From NCBI GenBank assembly GCA_963791045.1, contig CAWBQK010000013.1, positions 64,001 through 128,000 of the forward strand: a DNA stretch of 64,000 nucleotides, given 5' to 3'. The DNA comes from Candidatus Latescibacterota bacterium (GTDB lineage: Bacteria > Krumholzibacteriota > Krumholzibacteriia > WVZY01). Both the position numbers and the translations under genes were made by a program. Positions 59,876-64,000 of this stretch are shown one piece after another (position 1 is the first letter of the stretch; the number at the start of each line of letters is the position of its first letter). Under the pieces are notes generated by a model that saw only the letters and a list, made by a program, of their open reading frames with translations, ran no database searches and had not been told where the DNA came from.

Positions 59876-60758
59876 GCCCGATCTCCCCCACTTCGACAAC
59901 ATCTCCGCCGCCGTGAACCGAACTGAAAACCAGGCGAATGGCTGACGCTTTTCTCGCCTTCTCGTTGAGCTGGATCATCTGCGAGCCGGCCACCGGCTTC
60001 AGATCGATCTCATCGACCTTTTTCCCATCCGCGCTGATGATACACTTGCCGGGCTGTCCTGTTTCCAGCGTATGGATGGTGAGGATACCGCCCTTCGATC
60101 CGAACGGCGTATAGAACTCGATAAATGTTTCCCCCGCGGCGGTTGATGATTTCCACGCGGTCGTCGTGTCGCCGTCGAAACATTTCCACATGCCGAATTC
60201 TTCCGAGACCGGCGCGGACGAAGTTCCATTCATCGCAAGCCAGTCGGATCTATCCTTGGCGAAGAGAGTGAACGAATCGTCCTGGGTGAACGCTTCGACC
60301 TCACCGTTCTTGCCGGTGATCTGAACGTCCCACAACCCGTCGTCGTTGAGCTCAACGTTTTCGACTTTTTCGGGAACCATGTTTTCGAAGTACCAATGCC
60401 ACGACGGCGAGAGGAATCCACCGGTCTTTTTCAGATAGACAACTCCGCCCGACTTCTTCGCGCCCTTGTCTGTATAAATCAACGCGCGGCCCTTCTTGTT
60501 AACTTCCTGGGAAGGAAAATCCCCGTAGGAGGCCACGACGAATCCTGCCGCTTCGATGATTTCGCGGCCTTCAGTGAACTCATCGTCTATCGATACGTCA
60601 CCTTTGGCTTCCCTGGATAGTTCAACCAGACTGCCTGGTTTGGCGGCCGTCTCGGATTTATCGGCTGCCGAATCTTCGTCTTTGTTGCCACAGGCCGAGA
60701 ATGTGAGAGCGATAACACAGAACGCCGCAACGAGCAGCGCGAGTTTGCGGAAATGCAT
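59868..60758 (-). CDS. Lipoprotein with C-terminal discoidin/F5-8-like carbohydrate-binding domain
   Basis: Lipobox FSAC. CFDGDTTTAWKS..IRLVFSSV..EVGEI. Confidence 0.7.
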   Translation of the reverse strand: MHFRKLALLVAAFCVIALTFSACGNKDEDSAADKSETAAKPGSLVELSREAKGDVSIDDEFTEGREIIEAAGFVVASYGDFPSQEVNKKGRALIYTDKGAKKSGGVVYLKKTGGFLSPSWHWYFENMVPEKVENVELNDDGLWDVQITGKNGEVEAFTQDDSFTLFAKDRSDWLAMNGTSSAPVSEEFGMWKCFDGDTTTAWKSSTAAGETFIEFYTPFGSKGGILTIHTLETGQPGKCIISADGKKVDEIDLKPVAGSQMIQLNEKARKASAIRLVFSSVHGGGDVVEVGEIGLK

Positions 60759-61019
60759 ATCAAAACCTTCCTTTTTGGTGAATAACCATACAATTATGCC
60801 CAAACGAGCCCCGTATGTCAATACATGTAACAGACTTCGACGAACGGGACTAGCGGTCGTCGGTCCGGCTTTTCGCGCGTCGGCCGCATTGATTCCCAGT
60901 CGACGGACTCACGTGTACGATTTTGTCTTGAGCAATTCGGAAGAGTGGTATATACCGAAAGCGGTTCGGGCAACATCACACGTCGATCATCCGTATGACT
61001 GGGGATGAAAGGAGCCTCC

Positions 61020-61664
61020 GTGAAAAGATTCGCCACTCTGGTTTTTGTCTTATCGGTTCTTTCCGCCCTGGCTCCCACCCGGACGGTCGCCCAGGTTTTT
61101 TATCAGTTTCCGGAGGCGCCCGTCGTCAGCGAAGGACACGTGGCCACCGGCCCGTATCTTGCCATCGGTGACAACGAGATTTTCAGGCTCGGCGGGTACG
61201 TTCGACTGAACGCGACCAAATATTTTGACGTCGGAGCCGAACTGCTCGCGGGGTCGATGGATGGCGACGCCCAGTGGGGCGGCGGCGTGGATGTCAAAAT
61301 CAGTCTTTTTCCGCCAACAGCGTCTATCCCCTTTGATCTGTCCGCGACGGCAGGCATGGGCGCGGTAGCCGGCGATGCCGCCCGAGTATTCCAGGCGCCT
61401 TTCGGTGGAATCATTTCGAGTCCGTTTACGCTGGAGAACGGAAGTCAGATCGTCCCCTACCTCGGCGTGTATTTGCTGGTCGTCAATACCAAGGTCAAGA
61501 TCGAAAACGCGGACGACATATCGGACACCGATCTCGATGTCGAGGCACGCGGTGGGGTCAAATATACCCTCGCCTCGGGTCCGGAGATTTTCGCCGCGGT
61601 TCACATCGGACGCGACGGACTGTTTATGATTGGTATGAATTTCTGGCCGAAGGGGCGCAACTAG
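61020..61664 (+). CDS. Probable small outer-membrane beta-barrel protein
   Basis: AAGGAG + GTG, signal peptide, alternating Gly/aromatic strands (PYLGVY, RGGVKY, IGMNFW). Confidence 0.65.
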   Translation: MKRFATLVFVLSVLSALAPTRTVAQVFYQFPEAPVVSEGHVATGPYLAIGDNEIFRLGGYVRLNATKYFDVGAELLAGSMDGDAQWGGGVDVKISLFPPTASIPFDLSATAGMGAVAGDAARVFQAPFGGIISSPFTLENGSQIVPYLGVYLLVVNTKVKIENADDISDTDLDVEARGGVKYTLASGPEIFAAVHIGRDGLFMIGMNFWPKGRN

Positions 61665-62416
61665 CTCTTCTCGAGGATCTTGATCACCAGCACGGTTACG
61701 TTGTCTTTTCCACCCATTTCGTTCGCCAGGTCGACGAGCTTGTCGCACGCTTCCCGAGGCGAATTCGACGCCACGACCGCCTCGAGATCTTCTTCATCGA
61801 CCAGCGACGTCAATCCATCCGAACAAAGCAGAAAAACATCCCCGTCGATAAGCGGGAATGGCGAGTCAGGTGTGTCGGTGATTAGATCCTCATGGGTGCC
61901 GAGCGATCGCGTAATTACGTTTCGGCGGGGGTGAACTTTTGCGTCCTCGTCGGAAATGATTCCGGACCGGACCATTTCGCCGACAAGCGAGTGATCTTCG
62001 GTTACCTGTTTGAGTTCGCCGCCCCTCAAGACGTATGCCCTCGAGTCACCGACGTGGGCAAAATAGGCTTCGTTTGGTCGAATCGCCATCGCAGTACACG
62101 TGGTTCCCATTCCAAAGAGCGCGACATCCTCGTGTGATCTTTCGATGATCACGCGGTTCGCGGCGCTAAATGCCTTCCGGAATGTATCAATGAGGTTTTT
62201 TTCATCGGACTCATAGAACGAGGCGATTACGGTGTCGACGGCGAGCTTGCTCGCAATTTCACCACCCCTGTGGCCACCCATCCCATCCGCCACGATAAAG
62301 AGCATTCCTTTGTCGTTGCGGACATTCTCATCGGTGGGTTCAAAGTGACCCAGGGCGTCCTCGTTGCGCTGGCGGACCTGCCCGATATGGCTGAGCGAAG
62401 CGACTTCGATCTTCAT
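61661..62416 (-). CDS. PP2C/PPM Ser/Thr protein phosphatase (Stp1/PrpC-like)
   Basis: GQVRQRNED, VADGMGGH..GE.AS, MGTT, HVGDSR, DHS, LLCSDGL, GGKDNVT. Confidence 0.96.
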   Translation of the reverse strand: MKIEVASLSHIGQVRQRNEDALGHFEPTDENVRNDKGMLFIVADGMGGHRGGEIASKLAVDTVIASFYESDEKNLIDTFRKAFSAANRVIIERSHEDVALFGMGTTCTAMAIRPNEAYFAHVGDSRAYVLRGGELKQVTEDHSLVGEMVRSGIISDEDAKVHPRRNVITRSLGTHEDLITDTPDSPFPLIDGDVFLLCSDGLTSLVDEEDLEAVVASNSPREACDKLVDLANEMGGKDNVTVLVIKILEKS

Positions 62417-62565
62417 TTCTCTTTCCCTTTCAATCACTTAACTGCCTCAACCTAATATATTCGGGATCGCATAGTCAAGGAGTTTGGCCGACCTTACATC
62501 GGCTCAACCTGCCGGTTTCGGTTGGAGAACAAAAAATGCTAAAAACGACCGATCGCGGTCTATAC

Positions 62566-62581
62566 TGGCATATTTTACGCA
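62566..62581 (+). promoter_or_regulatory. Weak sigma54-like element
   Basis: TGGCATATTTTACGCA (GG-N10-GC, lacks TT) upstream of the FHA gene. Confidence 0.3.
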
Positions 62582-62698
62582 ATTGTTCCTGGATGCTACC
62601 AAAAGTGCCAGATTTTCGATAACTGAAAAAACATCGTTTTATAAGTGGTTATTAAAAAGCCTCTTACAGAGGCGATCGATTGAACACGGAGGGTGTCG

Positions 62699-63994
62699 AT
62701 GGACAACGTCATGCTTGACAATGCGGCAACTGACCTGGAAACGCAAATTGCGAGATATCAGGAACTCTCAACCCAAAAAAATGCGATCGAGGGGCGAATT
62801 TCGCGGGCGGAAGCCGAACGGCCCTCGGTCAAAGACAAAATCTTCCAGAGAGTGCTGAAAGAATACGAGAAAGAGCTCGAGATTCTGAACCGCGATCTCA
62901 CACCCCTCGAGAAAGAAATCGACACGGCGCGATCGAGCCTGGAGAACAAGCTCAAGGACATCGACATCGAAACGGCGGACCTCCAGGACAAACTTGATGA
63001 GATCGCATTCCGCCACCGCGTAGGCGAATTCAGCGATTCGCAGAAGGCGGACAAACAGGATCCGATCGAGATCGAATACGAAGAACTTACGCAACGCGGA
63101 ATTGAATACGTTCAAGCGCTTGAGAAGCTCGAAACAATTCAGATTGACGGAGCCGCGACCACAGATGATTCCGCACCGCAGGACGAGATCGAGATCGCGG
63201 CGGAGGATGATCTCGCATTGTCCGATGAAGACCCGATCGACGATTCGGGCACAAGTGAATTCGTGGTGATCGAACCAACACCCGAGAATGAGGTGGCGCC
63301 CGCGTTACTCGACGAGAATAGCGACACATCGTCACAAACAGAGGAAAAGCTCGAGCTCACACCCGCCGACCAAGAACAGGGGTTTGTCGACCCAAAGGAT
63401 TGGGTTGGGGAGTTTGCCGACGGGGAATTCCTGAGCGACCCAGCCACGGCGTCGGATACGGCCGCACCCGACAAAGAAACAAACAGTGAAGACAAAACCG
63501 AAAAGAATGGCCCCGGCGAAGTGCTCGGATTTTCGGAACTCGACATGAACGACCCCGATGCGAAGCCCGACCCTCTTTCCGAACTTGCGGACCCGTCGGA
63601 TGACACCGGCCAGGCCCAGGACGCCACTGATGACCTGGCGGACGAGAACCTGGAAGAACAAGAAAGCGCCGAGCCGGCCGACACCACTCAGGATTCGTCC
63701 CTTGGCTTCCCTGTTTTATCGATCACAAAAGGCACCGGTTCCGGAAAGAAACTCCCGCTCCTGCCGATGACAATGACAATCGGCAGAGAACTCGACAACA
63801 ACATCGAACTCAAAGACCAGGACGTAGCGCGGTACCATGCAAGAATCACATATCACGCCGGTGAATATGTCATTCACGATCTGGAAGGATCGTCGGGCAC
63901 CTTCGTCAACGAGGAGAAAATATCGAAGCACACGCTTTCTGCCGGCGACATCATCCGCACAGGTGAAACAGAGCTCAAGTTCGACATGGAGTAG
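62699..63994 (+). CDS. Coiled-coil + long acidic linker + C-terminal FHA protein
   Basis: GGAGGG RBS. About 150-aa heptad-rich N-terminus, about 185-aa D/E/P-rich linker, FHA (TIGR..DVARYHA..SSGTFVN). Confidence 0.88.
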   Translation: MDNVMLDNAATDLETQIARYQELSTQKNAIEGRISRAEAERPSVKDKIFQRVLKEYEKELEILNRDLTPLEKEIDTARSSLENKLKDIDIETADLQDKLDEIAFRHRVGEFSDSQKADKQDPIEIEYEELTQRGIEYVQALEKLETIQIDGAATTDDSAPQDEIEIAAEDDLALSDEDPIDDSGTSEFVVIEPTPENEVAPALLDENSDTSSQTEEKLELTPADQEQGFVDPKDWVGEFADGEFLSDPATASDTAAPDKETNSEDKTEKNGPGEVLGFSELDMNDPDAKPDPLSELADPSDDTGQAQDATDDLADENLEEQESAEPADTTQDSSLGFPVLSITKGTGSGKKLPLLPMTMTIGRELDNNIELKDQDVARYHARITYHAGEYVIHDLEGSSGTFVNEEKISKHTLSAGDIIRTGETELKFDME

Positions 63995-64000
63995 CGAGAC

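Overview
GC-rich chromosomal window from a diderm bacterium. Lipoproteins, OmpA and beta-barrel proteins, a FlgD-Ig/T9SS-like C-terminal domain and a C-terminal 'TWGxIKxLY' tail suggest the Latescibacterota/Krumholzibacteriota neighbourhood of the FCB group (inference only). Several genes carry indels, often in G-runs, that look like long-read consensus errors. Left to right: (1) a minus-strand three-gene DUF11 surface locus (small secreted DUF11 protein, 900-aa DUF11/Ig-repeat protein, giant >1750-aa DUF11-OmpA-beta-barrel protein running off the left edge) behind a candidate sigma54 promoter, divergent from a sensor kinase and NtrC-type activator; (2) a ParB-like protein and an M1 aminopeptidase with a barrel-like C-terminus; (3) envelope/glycan genes (DegT aminotransferase, GT-C, gpmI, SPFH-phosphodiesterase-TPR fusion, GT2, rfbD); (4) a 7-repeat FG-GAP protein; (5) a complete F1Fo operon; (6) a frameshifted GAF-PAS kinase, two tandem GT-C+TPR genes, an RluA-family synthase, REP-like hairpins, a secreted TWG-tail protein with a long structured leader, and an M28 peptidase; (7) peptide ABC genes, mutM, a TIGR03960-type radical SAM and a HerA-like ATPase; (8) two sigma54-promoted lipoproteins, nrdJ with tandem NrdR boxes, and an FHA-GAF-HD-GYP / PP2C / FHA signalling cluster. 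The best candidate for an undescribed system is the DUF11 locus. The two strands missing from the C-terminal DUF11 domain of the 900-aa protein appear at its own N-terminus. This suggests a head-to-tail, donor-strand-complemented, possibly isopeptide-crosslinked fibre with an acceptor-only chaperone/cap and a donor-only outer-membrane anchor. No rRNA, tRNA, CRISPR array or transposase was seen.
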